Below are positions 1 through 9,563 of a DNA stretch of 64,000 nucleotides, one piece after another; the stretch's first letter is position 1; each line of letters starts with the position of its first letter. The notes under the pieces were generated by a model. It searched no databases. It was given only the letters and a program-made list of their open reading frames with translations, and was not told the origin of the DNA. Source of the stretch: Vulcanimicrobiota bacterium (GTDB taxonomy: Bacteria; Vulcanimicrobiota; Xenobia; Xenobiales; JADMJV01); the NCBI GenBank assembly GCA_050250895.1, contig JBFWNU010000001.1, forward strand, positions 1,256,008 through 1,320,007, given 5' to 3'. Position numbers and translations under genes: made by a program.

Positions 1-639
1 CGGTTTGTCGTGCTCGGGAGCGCCTTTGGTGATGCGCTTTTCCAGCCAGCTCGACCAGAGGGGGCCGGCGATGACGGCGGCCGGCAGACCGGCCGCGATG
101 CCGTAGAGGATGACCCGGCCGAGATCCGCCTGCAACACCTGAGCCACGGCTACCGGTCCCGGGGTGGGCGGCACAAAGGCGTGAGCCACGGCCAGACCGG
201 CCAACAGCGGCATGCCGAAGGCCACCACCGGCCGGCCGCTCTGGCGCGAGAGGCCATAAACCAGGGGGGCCAGGATGATGAAGCCCACGTCGAAGAAGAC
301 GGGGATAGCCACCATGAAGCCGGTCAGCATCAGGGCCCAGGGGGCCCGCTGGGGGCCAAAGCGCTCGACCAGGGTGGTGGCCAGGCGCTGGGCTCCCCCG
401 CTCTCTTCGAGCAGTTGGCCGAACATCGCTCCCAGCCCCACCACCACAGCGATAAAGCCGAGAGTCGAGCCCATGCCGGTCTCTACCGCTTTGAGCACGG
501 CCGAGGGCTCGAGGCCAGCTCCCAAACCTACCGCCATGCTGACGATCAGCAGGGCCACGAAGGCGTGCAGGCGCAGGGCCACCACCAGCACAATCAGGCC
601 GGCCAGACCCAGGGCGGCGATGACTAGCAGGCTACCCAT
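1..639 (-). CDS. gntP: GntP-family gluconate:H+ symporter (3' end outside window)
   Basis: Hand translation of minus strand from ATG at 639: MGSLLVIAALG...LHAFVALLIVS...GAMFGQLLEESGGAQRLA...IPVFFDVGFIIL...HAFVPPTPGP; overlaps gntK stop. Confidence 0.88.
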   Translation of the reverse strand, partial: MGSLLVIAALGLAGLIVLVVALRLHAFVALLIVSMAVGLGAGLEPSAVLKAVETGMGSTLGFIAVVVGLGAMFGQLLEESGGAQRLATTLVERFGPQRAPWALMLTGFMVAIPVFFDVGFIILAPLVYGLSRQSGRPVVAFGMPLLAGLAVAHAFVPPTPGPVAVAQVLQADLGRVILYGIAAGLPAAVIAGPLWSSWLEKRITKGAPEHDKP

Positions 640-1949
640 TGGGCGTAGAGCTCCTCGTAGAGGTTGGTCTGGGGCTCCACCAGGTCACCAGCGGGCAAGG
701 CCGCGGCCCGTTGCCAGCGATCAGGCAGGATCAATAGGGCCGCCCCCAGGGCGGTAGCTTCAGGATAGGGAGCCACCGCCACCGGGCAGCCGCAGACGTC
801 GGCCAGCAACTGGGTGAAGAAGGCGTCGGCAAAAAGGCCGCCGGTACAGCGCAAGGTGGCAGGGGGCCACAGGTGCACCAACCGGCGCAAGCAAAAGGCG
901 ACCCCTTCGAGGCAGGCGCGGGTGAGTTCGGCGAAGCCATGTTGATAAGACCAGCCCACGATTCGCGACTCGACGGCGGGATCCCAATAGGGCGCGCGCT
1001 CGCCCGAAAAATAGGGGTGGACTTTCAGACCCCTGGCCCCGGCAGGCACGGGGGCGGCCAGCTTCACCAACTCTTCGGCCGAGAGCGGCTCCGGGCGGAG
1101 CCGGTTTAGCCAGTCGAACACGGAGGTGCCGTTGGAAATCGCTCCCCCCTGGACCCAGCCTTGAGCGTCCAGGGCATAGACGAACAGCTCTGGCTTGTGG
1201 GAAGGGTGGCGCGTCACCCCGCGCACCGCCCCGGAGGTGCCCAAAGAGACGGCCAGACGCCCTTCACTGACGGCCCCCACACCCAGGTTGGCCAGGGGGC
1301 CGTCCCCTCCCCCCAGCACAGCAGGATGACCCAGGCATTCAAAGCCGTAGTCGGGCTCGGCCACTTCGGGCAGGCGGTCTTGCAGCCCGAGCCGGGCCAC
1401 CAGCTGATGGTCCCAGCCGTGACGATCGTAGAGGCCGGTGGCGGAAGCGTTGGACCGGTCCATCGGCAGACGATGACCGGTGAGTCTTTCCAGGACGTAG
1501 GTCTTGTGGTCTAGTAGGCGATGGCATCGTTCCCATAGCTTGGGTTCGTTTTCTTGTAACCAGAGAATCTTGGCCGGCCAGGCCATAGGATGGACGGGCG
1601 TGCCGGTGCGTTGGTGGGCTTCGGGGTCGACAGCCTGCAGCTGGCGGGCCTGCTCGGCGGCTCGGGTGTCGGCCCAGGCGATGGCCCGGGTGAGCGGACG
1701 GCCGGCCTCGTCGAGCGCGACCAAACTGTGCATGGCCGAGGCGAATCCCAGCGGAGTTCCGGCGGGCATCTGGGCCAGACACTCGCGGACGGCTTGCTCG
1801 GTGGCCTCGAGGTCGTGCTCGGCCCGGTCGGGGCCACGCTCCAGCGGACAGTCGAGACCGTGGGTTTTCTCCAGCACGGGTTGGTCATCAAGACGAAAGA
1901 GACAGGCCTTGATGCGACTCGAGCCCATATCGATTCCGACCACTCGCAC
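624..1949 (-). CDS. gntK: FGGY-family carbohydrate kinase, probable gluconokinase
   Basis: GIDMGSS, AMHSL, WADTRA, TGTPVHPM, GDGPLANLG, GERAPYW motifs; adjacent to gntP. Confidence 0.85.
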   Translation of the reverse strand: MRVVGIDMGSSRIKACLFRLDDQPVLEKTHGLDCPLERGPDRAEHDLEATEQAVRECLAQMPAGTPLGFASAMHSLVALDEAGRPLTRAIAWADTRAAEQARQLQAVDPEAHQRTGTPVHPMAWPAKILWLQENEPKLWERCHRLLDHKTYVLERLTGHRLPMDRSNASATGLYDRHGWDHQLVARLGLQDRLPEVAEPDYGFECLGHPAVLGGGDGPLANLGVGAVSEGRLAVSLGTSGAVRGVTRHPSHKPELFVYALDAQGWVQGGAISNGTSVFDWLNRLRPEPLSAEELVKLAAPVPAGARGLKVHPYFSGERAPYWDPAVESRIVGWSYQHGFAELTRACLEGVAFCLRRLVHLWPPATLRCTGGLFADAFFTQLLADVCGCPVAVAPYPEATALGAALLILPDRWQRAAALPAGDLVEPQTNLYEELYAQWVAC

Positions 1950-1986
1950 CGAGCCTGCTTCGAGCCCTCCCCTGTGGGACCTGTAT

Positions 1987-3948
1987 TCAGTCTTGAATGG
2001 CGATCTGCTGGCCGTCGAGAAAGTCGATGGTATCTGCTCCCACCTCGATTTGGGTAGTGGGGCCGGAAAGAGTAGCGGCGAAGCTCGAGGCGCCGCTCAA
2101 GAGCGGCAGCACCGACTGACCCAGGCCTTCGGTCATGGTCTGCGACCAGTTGACGAACTCGAGGGGGTTGCGCGGCACCGGTTGGTCAGCCAGCAGAGCG
2201 AGAAAGTGCAGACGCTGCCTGGGATTTGGCAGGCCCTCGAGAATGCTCCGGGTGAGGGCGATGAATTCGGGGTGGTCCTGGGGCGCCATCTGCTCGAATC
2301 GCTGGCTGGTCAGCCAGAGCGCCTCGGGCTGGGCGGCCGCCACGGCCCGTTGGGTCAGGCCTTCAAGGGCCAAGGGTCCCACGTTCAAAAGCGTGTGCAC
2401 GGTCTGAAAAACCCGGGGCTCTGGTCCGATGTGGTGGGCCAGTTCGAGGGCAAGCTTGGCCTGAGGCTCGCGCTCGAGCAAGGCGGTGAGGACGGCGTGG
2501 CCCTGATGGGTCAGGCGGTTCTGCTCCCATTGCGAGCCATCCCGGGCAGGCAGTCTGGAGGTCAGTTCGAGGGCCGTGGCTTTGGGATCGGGGGTGGTAT
2601 CGAGCAGCTTGGCCACGGCCACCAGGCCGGCCGGAGCGCGCAAGAATTCTTCCACCAGCCCGCCGGCTGGCTGCTCTGGCTCGAATTGGTGGGCACGCTC
2701 GAGAGCCTGGGGGCCAGGCATGCCAGCCAGTTCGGCGAGGTCGGCCGCTCGCGGGTCCACGGCGCGCAGGGCGCTCAAGAGGAAGGCGTCGGCGGCGTGG
2801 AAGGGGCCCACATCGGGGGTGGTCGACGTTTGGGCCGCTCGCACGGCGTCGAGGGCCCTGGTAAGTCGCTCAGGGGTCACCGGCTCCTGGGCCAGGGCCG
2901 CCCCCAGGGGGAGGGCTTCTGGCTCGCCAGCCAGACGGTCGATGATGCCCAGGGCCAGGCTGGGGGGAGGGTCCAGCCGGGTTAGCAGCTCTCGGCACAC
3001 CGCTGTGGCCTCTCGGGCCATTCTTAACAGAACGCCGCTATTGTTGTGGGTTTCGGCGGTCTTGACGACGCTGGCAGCCAGGCCATTGACCAGCGTCAGG
3101 GTCTCGTCTCGCGACATCTTGGGGCAGGCCTCGAGCAATCCGGCCAGGCGCAGTAGGCTGGCCGGGCGGTGGTCGACGATGGCCTCGAGAAGCTCCTTTT
3201 CTGGGTCGAGGGGGGTTTGGGTGGTGGGGTTGTCGAGATATGCGTTGAGGTGGTGGGCCACCCGCAGGGCCGAAATGCCGTCGGCTCCACCCAGGCCGGC
3301 GGCGCTGTCTTGTAGCGAGCCGACGGCGCTCAGCAGCTTGTCGGTGGCTTGACCGTCGAGTTGGTCGTTGGGAAGACGCATCAGGCTCTGCACCAGTTGG
3401 CGACGCTCGAAGGCGGCCAGGTCGAGTCCGAGCAGCTCGACGGCCAGGTGGGCCCGATGATGGTAGCCACTGCCGTCGAGAAGGCGCAAAACGGCTTCAG
3501 GAGTGCTGGTGAGACAGGCCAGCCGGGCCAGGCCCTGCTCGCGGCTGGGAGCTTCAGTCAAAGCTGCCAGGCTGGACCGCGAAGCCCAGGCCAACTGGTC
3601 AGGGCGGTCACCCGCGGCGGCCCGGACGACTGCTTCGAAGTCTTGTAAACGGGGGTCCTCCGGGGCCAGTTCGGCCACGGCTGCCCGCGTGAACTCGAAG
3701 ACTGCTTCCGGGTGGCCCAGGCTCTGAGCCACCACGCCGGCCAGCCCCGGGGTCATCACCGGAGTAGGATGAGCTACCAGATAGGCCAGAAAGGTCTGGC
3801 GAGCGGCTGATGAGGGAAGGCGAGGCAGCCAATGGCTGGCCAGCTCGGGACCGGTCCCAAGCTGAACTTGATCGAGAACCGTCTGCCTGTCGGCCCGCTG
3901 CGGAGGGCTTAAAACGCGACGGCCAGGGTTGACCATCCCGACCTTCAT
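1987..3948 (-). CDS. Hypothetical Leu/Ala-rich helical protein (653 aa)
   Basis: Long ORF with protein-like composition; no recognisable motif; promoter-like motif immediately upstream. Confidence 0.7.
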   Translation of the reverse strand: MKVGMVNPGRRVLSPPQRADRQTVLDQVQLGTGPELASHWLPRLPSSAARQTFLAYLVAHPTPVMTPGLAGVVAQSLGHPEAVFEFTRAAVAELAPEDPRLQDFEAVVRAAAGDRPDQLAWASRSSLAALTEAPSREQGLARLACLTSTPEAVLRLLDGSGYHHRAHLAVELLGLDLAAFERRQLVQSLMRLPNDQLDGQATDKLLSAVGSLQDSAAGLGGADGISALRVAHHLNAYLDNPTTQTPLDPEKELLEAIVDHRPASLLRLAGLLEACPKMSRDETLTLVNGLAASVVKTAETHNNSGVLLRMAREATAVCRELLTRLDPPPSLALGIIDRLAGEPEALPLGAALAQEPVTPERLTRALDAVRAAQTSTTPDVGPFHAADAFLLSALRAVDPRAADLAELAGMPGPQALERAHQFEPEQPAGGLVEEFLRAPAGLVAVAKLLDTTPDPKATALELTSRLPARDGSQWEQNRLTHQGHAVLTALLEREPQAKLALELAHHIGPEPRVFQTVHTLLNVGPLALEGLTQRAVAAAQPEALWLTSQRFEQMAPQDHPEFIALTRSILEGLPNPRQRLHFLALLADQPVPRNPLEFVNWSQTMTEGLGQSVLPLLSGASSFAATLSGPTTQIEVGADTIDFLDGQQIAIQD

Positions 3949-3990
3949 TCCACCAGACTAGCCGTCGAGCGTTAAGGGGCGGTCAAGAGG
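3949..3990 (-). promoter_or_regulatory. Putative leaderless promoter with direct-repeat regulator box
   Basis: Minus strand CCTCTTGAccgcccCTTAACgctcgacggcTAGTCTggtgga-ATG; same spacing recurs at 28861-28905. Confidence 0.6.
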
Positions 3991-4021
3991 AGCGGGCCTT
4001 GAACCGTGCGAAGGCGGCCGC

Positions 4022-4414
4022 GTGAATAAGATTCGAAAGCTTCTCTTCTTGGATTTCGTGATGGGCTTCTCTACCGCCGTGCTGGGTTTTCCCTTCGTCA
4101 ACCCCCTGGCTCAATTGTTGGGGCTTCCCCTCAACCTGTTGAGCGTCGTGTTGGTGGCCAATCTGGTCTATTCGCTGACGGCGCTTTCCATTTATCGAAA
4201 ACAGCCGACTTCGCTCGAACTCTTCCGACGTCTGGTCCAGGCCAATTGGCTTTGGACCATCGTGAGCATCGCCATGCTCGGCCTCTATGCTACCACAGCC
4301 AAGCCGTTGGGCCTGGTGTTTCTGGTGCTTCAGGTGGTGATCGTCGGGGGACTCTCCTATGTCGAAGGTCGGGCCCTGGAAGAGGCTGGTCAGGGCAGGG
4401 TGAAGCGTACCTGA
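4022..4414 (+). CDS. Small integral membrane protein (about 4 TM)
   Basis: Four hydrophobic segments in 130 aa. Confidence 0.7.
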   Translation: MNKIRKLLFLDFVMGFSTAVLGFPFVNPLAQLLGLPLNLLSVVLVANLVYSLTALSIYRKQPTSLELFRRLVQANWLWTIVSIAMLGLYATTAKPLGLVFLVLQVVIVGGLSYVEGRALEEAGQGRVKRT

Positions 4415-4947
4415 TAGCCGATGACCTTGACCGAGATGGGCAGGGCTGCGTTGGCCACCTTGAACTTGGCCAGCAGGTGGGCTTTGTGGTCGGCCGAGGC
4501 GCGGTGGTAAAGGTATAACAAGCCTTTACTTCGCCTGGCCTGGAGCAGAAAAGGCCGGCCGTCTTCCAGCGAGATTCCGGCCGAGCCGAGAGCCACGATG
4601 CGGGGGTCTTCGACCGAGGTGGCTCCCTGGCCGGTCAACCGGCGCGTTTCCCAGATGGGCGGCAATTTGTCGGGGTCGTCGATTTCTTTGTTGATGATGC
4701 GCGGATCCAGGCGCGAAAAGGCCACACCTACCGGTCCGAAGTGAACCTGGATCTCGGTGGAATACAGCGAGTCGCCCAGGTGTTGGTCCAAGGGCGTGAT
4801 ATAAAGGCTGAAGACCTGTCCATCGGACAGCCGGGCGAGTTCGGTGGACGATTGGACCGACCCGTTGGGGGCGTCAAGCTCGAAGGCGGTCTGCCGGGCC
4901 AGGGCGGGGGTTGCCACTAGAAAGAGCAACACCAGCCAGCTTCTCAC
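4390..4947 (-). CDS. Hypothetical secreted protein
   Basis: Signal peptide MRSWLVLLFLVATPALA; start overlaps stop of upstream gene. Confidence 0.65.
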   Translation of the reverse strand: MRSWLVLLFLVATPALARQTAFELDAPNGSVQSSTELARLSDGQVFSLYITPLDQHLGDSLYSTEIQVHFGPVGVAFSRLDPRIINKEIDDPDKLPPIWETRRLTGQGATSVEDPRIVALGSAGISLEDGRPFLLQARRSKGLLYLYHRASADHKAHLLAKFKVANAALPISVKVIGYQVRFTLP

Positions 4948-5534
4948 GAGTTGACCAGCCTACCCAGCATGGGAAACAGATGGCGATAGAGGTCGTGTTG
5001 GGGGGAATGCCCAGTGCTATCAGAGACCAGCGTGAAGTTGCGATCGATGAGCTGGAAGCCAGGCACCAACTCGTAGACTTGATGCTGTTTCTTGCCCACC
5101 AGCACATACTCGTTGTTGCTGGTGCGCAGATTGAAGTGGGCTGCCCAGGCTTTGGCGTCTTTGAGGCTGGGAGGTTTCATGGCGCGGTCATAGAGCAGTA
5201 GTTGGACCAGCACCACCTGTTGGCTGGGCAGACGGACCCGGCCGTAGTCCTGGGCGGCCTGGCGAAAAGAGGGCAGGTCTTTCTGTTGAGCCTGGCCCGC
5301 GAAGCCACCGACCTGGTCGCAGTCGCTGAAGGCGTTACAGGCCGGACAGGTCATTCCGATGGGCTCGACCACGATGAGCTTGCCGCGGAAGCTCGATAGT
5401 TGCGTCTGTTTACCATCTTGATTGACCAGCTTCAGATCGGGATAGGGCATCCCGACCACCGGAGGCCAAGCCTCTTTCGAGCCGACCGGGCAGACCAGAC
5501 CTAGCAGTAACAGCAAAGGCAGAAGACGACGCAT
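4944..5534 (-). CDS. Exported thioredoxin-fold (TlpA/AhpC-TSA-like) protein
   Basis: Start reassigned to MRRLLPLLLLL (signal peptide); YPDLKLVNQDGKQTQLSSFRGKLIVV followed by CPAC. Confidence 0.72.
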   Translation of the reverse strand: MRRLLPLLLLLGLVCPVGSKEAWPPVVGMPYPDLKLVNQDGKQTQLSSFRGKLIVVEPIGMTCPACNAFSDCDQVGGFAGQAQQKDLPSFRQAAQDYGRVRLPSQQVVLVQLLLYDRAMKPPSLKDAKAWAAHFNLRTSNNEYVLVGKKQHQVYELVPGFQLIDRNFTLVSDSTGHSPQHDLYRHLFPMLGRLVNS

Positions 5535-5594
5535 CGTGGTATTCTTCGAGTCCTTGCGAGAGGTCCCTTTGCGGGCGATGACCAACCACCCGCG

Positions 5595-6746
5595 ATGCAT
5601 TACCAGAACCTCGACACTCGCCTGGTCCACGCCGGCGAACCCCGCCCTCGCATCGAGGGAGCCATCAGCATGCCGATCTTTTGCTCGGCCAACTACGAAT
5701 ACGCGGGCGAGACGAGCTATCACGACCTGAAGTATATTCGTCTCAATAACACTCCCAACCATCAGGCGCTGCATCAGAAGCTGGCCGCCATCGAAGGGGG
5801 CGAGGCGGCCCTGGTCACGGCCAGTGGGATGGCCGCTATTTCCACCACTCTGATGACGGTGCTCGGTCAGGGTGATCACCTACTGGCTCAGAACTGCTTG
5901 TACGGCGGGTCCCACAGCCTGCTCTGCGAGGATCTGCCCAGCTTCGGCATCGTGACCACCATGGTCGATGCCAATCGTCGCGAGGCCTGGAAAGCTGCCC
6001 TCACCCCTGCGACCAGAGCCTTCTACGTCGAGAGTCTGACCAACCCGTTGCTGGAGGTGGCCGATCTCGAAGCGGTGGTCGCCTTTTGCCGTGAGCATGG
6101 GCTGGTGTCGATCATCGACAACACCTTCGCCTCGCCGGTCAACTTTCGGCCTCTAGAGCACGGCTTCGACCTGGTGGTGCACTCGGCTACCAAGTATCTT
6201 AACGGTCACTCCGACATCGTGGCCGGGGCAATCATCGGCAGCGCCGACTGGCTCGACAGGATCCTCCACCGCCTCAACCATCTGGGTGGCAGTCTTGACC
6301 CGCACGCTTGCTATCTCTTCCAGCGCGGGCTCAAAACCCTGGGCCTGCGGGTGCGTCGCCAGAACGACAACGCCCTGGCTCTGGCTCGGGCGCTGGCCGC
6401 GCACCACGAGGTGGCCAGGGTGAATTACGCCGGACTCGAGGGCCATCCCGACAACGAACGGGCCCGGCACCTCTTCGAGGGGTTCGGAGGCGTACTCAGC
6501 TTTGAACTGGCCGGTGACCGCGACGCGATGACCTATCTTCGGCGGCTCAAGATTCCGGTCATCGCGCCCAGCCTGGGCGGAGTCGAGACCCTGGTGACTC
6601 TGCCGGCGCGCACCTCGCACGCCGGCGTTCCCGCTGCCGAGCGCGAGCGAATGGGCATCTCGGACAGCCTCATCCGAGTGGCGATTGGCATCGAGGACGC
6701 CGATGAACTGGTGGCTGACTTCGTCAGCGCTCTGGGAGCCTCGTGA
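5595..6746 (+). CDS. PLP-dependent cystathionine gamma-lyase/synthase family enzyme
   Basis: SGMAAI, ESLTNP, DNTFASP, SATKYLNGHSD (PLP Lys), SLGGVETL. Confidence 0.92.
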   Translation: MHYQNLDTRLVHAGEPRPRIEGAISMPIFCSANYEYAGETSYHDLKYIRLNNTPNHQALHQKLAAIEGGEAALVTASGMAAISTTLMTVLGQGDHLLAQNCLYGGSHSLLCEDLPSFGIVTTMVDANRREAWKAALTPATRAFYVESLTNPLLEVADLEAVVAFCREHGLVSIIDNTFASPVNFRPLEHGFDLVVHSATKYLNGHSDIVAGAIIGSADWLDRILHRLNHLGGSLDPHACYLFQRGLKTLGLRVRRQNDNALALARALAAHHEVARVNYAGLEGHPDNERARHLFEGFGGVLSFELAGDRDAMTYLRRLKIPVIAPSLGGVETLVTLPARTSHAGVPAAERERMGISDSLIRVAIGIEDADELVADFVSALGAS

Positions 6747-7180
6747 AGCCTCTTCACGTCTGCTTTGTCTGGTTTCTTCCTGTCATCGATCGGGCTGGCC
6801 GGCGCGCCCCATTTCCAGCGCCTGGGTCTGCGCGCGCAAGACGGGCCGGTGGTATGCGTGGTCGCGAGGCCGGCCTGGACGGCCCGCGCCAACTGTTCCA
6901 AAGCTGGCTGCGCTCCAATGGTCGAGGCGAATTGGCCGGGCGTCTCGATCTTCTTGCCGAGGAGATCGAGCTTCCCGATCCGGCTCGCCAGGCTTTCGAG
7001 CAGAGGCGCTTCGAAGAGGCTATCACCTTGGCCCGGCAGGCCTCCGACCCCCAGCTCGAGGCCCAGGCTGAAGAAGCTTTCGCGGGCCAGGCGGCTCTGG
7101 CCCTGGCCGAAGACCACCGCAGCCTGGCGCTGTCGGTCTATCGCAGGTTGCTGGCCCTTTATCCCGAGCGAGCCTTTTAG
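6743..7180 (+). CDS. Hypothetical protein, TPR-like C-terminus (start uncertain)
   Basis: C-terminal half helical (FEEAITLA...ALSVYRRLLALYP); N-terminal frame ambiguous. Confidence 0.45.
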   Translation: MKPLHVCFVWFLPVIDRAGRRAPFPAPGSARARRAGGMRGREAGLDGPRQLFQSWLRSNGRGELAGRLDLLAEEIELPDPARQAFEQRRFEEAITLARQASDPQLEAQAEEAFAGQAALALAEDHRSLALSVYRRLLALYPERAF

Positions 7181-7189
7181 CAAGACAAG

Positions 7190-7498
7190 GTGAACGAGCT
7201 AGCTCAGAATTCCAAAGACTCGATTTTGGGCCGCTGGAAGATGGTCTCGAAGCTGGGCTGGCTTGAGTTCGCCGCCTTTCCCGACGGGCGGCTCGAGGGT
7301 AAGACCGGGAGCTTTATCCTGGCTGTGGTGCTCAAGGCCGAGGGCCACTGGGTTTTCACCGGCAGCAGGGAGCGGACGTTTCAACTACACTGGAAGGCCG
7401 GCAACCTGCACGACCTGACGGTCAACGAAGATCTCAAGACGCTCAAAGGCCAGGGTCTGACTGAAGGTCCGGTGAGCGGCACCAGGCTCGACGACTAG
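7190..7498 (+). CDS. Small hypothetical beta-rich protein
   Basis: ILGRWKM...AEGHWVF pattern; fills gap between genes. Confidence 0.55.
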   Translation: MNELAQNSKDSILGRWKMVSKLGWLEFAAFPDGRLEGKTGSFILAVVLKAEGHWVFTGSRERTFQLHWKAGNLHDLTVNEDLKTLKGQGLTEGPVSGTRLDD

Positions 7499-9498
7499 GG
7501 GATCGAACAGGGACCACCGTCGACCGCCGACCCGTGGATGAAGTTGAAGGTAACCGGCGGGTTCAGGTTGGGGAACCCCTCGATGATGATAGGGTCGGCG
7601 GCCAGGTTGTCGACTTCGATCGAGGAGAGGGTCGCGTTCTGGGCGATGCGCGCACACAGCGGACCAGCCCCCGACTGCTGAGAGATGAATAGCTTGCCGG
7701 CCAGCGTGTTGTTGATGATGCCGACATCGAAGCTGCCGGCCGCCAGTTGACTGACCTCGATATCACCGCTGGTGGCCTGGTTGGCGTCAAAGCGGACCCG
7801 AAGCACTCCGGTTCCGGTCGAACGCAGCATGGCGATCAATCCAGAAACGTTGGTGAGGGTGTTGTTGGCGATCACGGTGTCGAGTACGCCCTGGCTAAAC
7901 AGTGTGATTCCGCTGGCCACCTGGTTCAAGCGGTTGTTCTGCACTGTGACGGTGTTGAGAGTGGTCGAGTTTTCAGAGATGGAGATACCGGCCCCGGCCG
8001 TGTTGGAGATATCGTTGTTGGTGACGGTCGCGTCGATGACGCCCTGAGTTCCGTTAGAGATAACGATGCCTTCGATAGGGCTTGCGGTCAGGACGTTGCT
8101 GTCTACGGTGGCGGTCATGGTCGAGCCGGCGCCATTGGCGGCGCAGGTCACCTTGCCGGTGAAGGAGTTGTTCTTGACACTGGTAGTGAGGCTACTGCCC
8201 GCTTGAGAGAAGATGCCGAGGGCTGAATTGTCGGCGAAGATGCCGCAATTCTCGAGCGTTACCGTAGCCGTGAGAGCGGTCGTCTCGCCTAGCAGAAGTC
8301 CCGTGCTGCCGGAGGCGCTGCAAGTCACGTTCGAGTTGGTAAACCTCAGGCTGCCGGTGGGATTGAAGACGTTGACGGCCAGTCCCCCGCCAGTGGTGAA
8401 GTCGCAGGTGTCGACCACCACGTTGGCCACATTGCCCGGAAAGGCCGAGATGTTGAGCGTGACCGAGGAGGCGATCGTGTTCTCTACCAGCACGCCCTGA
8501 AGGGTGCTATCGCTTTGAATTTGAATGGAGTTGCGAATGATTGGCTGGGAACCCGCCGGAACGATGGTCACACCGTTGAGCTCCAGGCCGCTGCCCTCGC
8601 CGATGAGGCTGACGCCGGGTGGAATCAGGAAATCGGTCAGTCCGGCCGGGGTGGCCGTCACCAGGGGCAACGGTGAGGCGAAAGCGAACACGACATCGCC
8701 GGCGGTGGCCGCCGCCAGAGCGCCATCGAGGTCGGGGCGAGGATCCGTGAGAGTACCGGTGCCGGTGGAGGGGGCGTCGGCTTTGACGAACAGCCCGCGG
8801 CCTGGAACCGTAATGGTGACGGTGGCCGACGAGCTTCCGTTGCTGTTGGTGAGCGTGTAGGTGAAGGAGTCGGCCCCCACAAAGCCTATGGCGGGCTGGT
8901 AGACGAAGCTACCGTCGGGGGACAGGGCGAGCGTCCCCGAAGTGGGGCTCGTAGCTAGCGCAGCCACGCCGCTGGCGGCCGAGTCGTTGGTCAGCACGCC
9001 GAGCGCCGCCGGCACGCTGAGGTCAAGTCCCGAGAGTGCGATGTAGCTGTCGTCGTTGGCTACCGGGGAAACGGCCGCCAGGTTGGCAAAGACCGAGGTG
9101 ACCTGGCCGACGTTCACCTGGATTAATTGGCTGAAGGTCAGCGGACTGCTCGAGCCGTCAACGGCCTCCACTACGATTTGATAGGACCCTGGTAGCACGG
9201 ACAAGAGTCGCACCATGACTTCGGACTGATTGGGCTCAACTGGTTGTTCGACCGATTGAGTCGGGACTTCCAGGTTCTCGGGACGATAAAGGCTGATTCT
9301 GACCGAGGTCAGGCTGCGAAGGGTCACAGTCTGACGGGGCTGGTTGGCCGGCAGAAGGACTCGCACCACCAGGTTGGTGGTCGACCCGACGCTCGAGTCG
9401 CGAGCCTCCCCGCCAGGAGTCGCGCCGCCCCCGCCGCAGGCCGTCAGCCAGAGCACCAGGGCCACGGGAGTCAAAAGAAAACACAGGACTCTAGTCAT
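7495..9498 (-). CDS. Surface lipoprotein with Ig/cadherin-like (Big_9-type) domain and right-handed beta-helix
   Basis: Lipobox LTAC-GGGG; PVANDDSY...GVLTND...DGSFVYQP...GADSFTY; repeated xxNNxx strands. Confidence 0.8.
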   Translation of the reverse strand: MTRVLCFLLTPVALVLWLTACGGGGATPGGEARDSSVGSTTNLVVRVLLPANQPRQTVTLRSLTSVRISLYRPENLEVPTQSVEQPVEPNQSEVMVRLLSVLPGSYQIVVEAVDGSSSPLTFSQLIQVNVGQVTSVFANLAAVSPVANDDSYIALSGLDLSVPAALGVLTNDSAASGVAALATSPTSGTLALSPDGSFVYQPAIGFVGADSFTYTLTNSNGSSSATVTITVPGRGLFVKADAPSTGTGTLTDPRPDLDGALAAATAGDVVFAFASPLPLVTATPAGLTDFLIPPGVSLIGEGSGLELNGVTIVPAGSQPIIRNSIQIQSDSTLQGVLVENTIASSVTLNISAFPGNVANVVVDTCDFTTGGGLAVNVFNPTGSLRFTNSNVTCSASGSTGLLLGETTALTATVTLENCGIFADNSALGIFSQAGSSLTTSVKNNSFTGKVTCAANGAGSTMTATVDSNVLTASPIEGIVISNGTQGVIDATVTNNDISNTAGAGISISENSTTLNTVTVQNNRLNQVASGITLFSQGVLDTVIANNTLTNVSGLIAMLRSTGTGVLRVRFDANQATSGDIEVSQLAAGSFDVGIINNTLAGKLFISQQSGAGPLCARIAQNATLSSIEVDNLAADPIIIEGFPNLNPPVTFNFIHGSAVDGGPCSIP

Positions 9499-9563
9499 AC
9501 TAGACAGGGTTTGTCGCGCTGACGTTCAGTCCTGGCAGCCGGGGTGAATTCGTCTTGGGCCGT

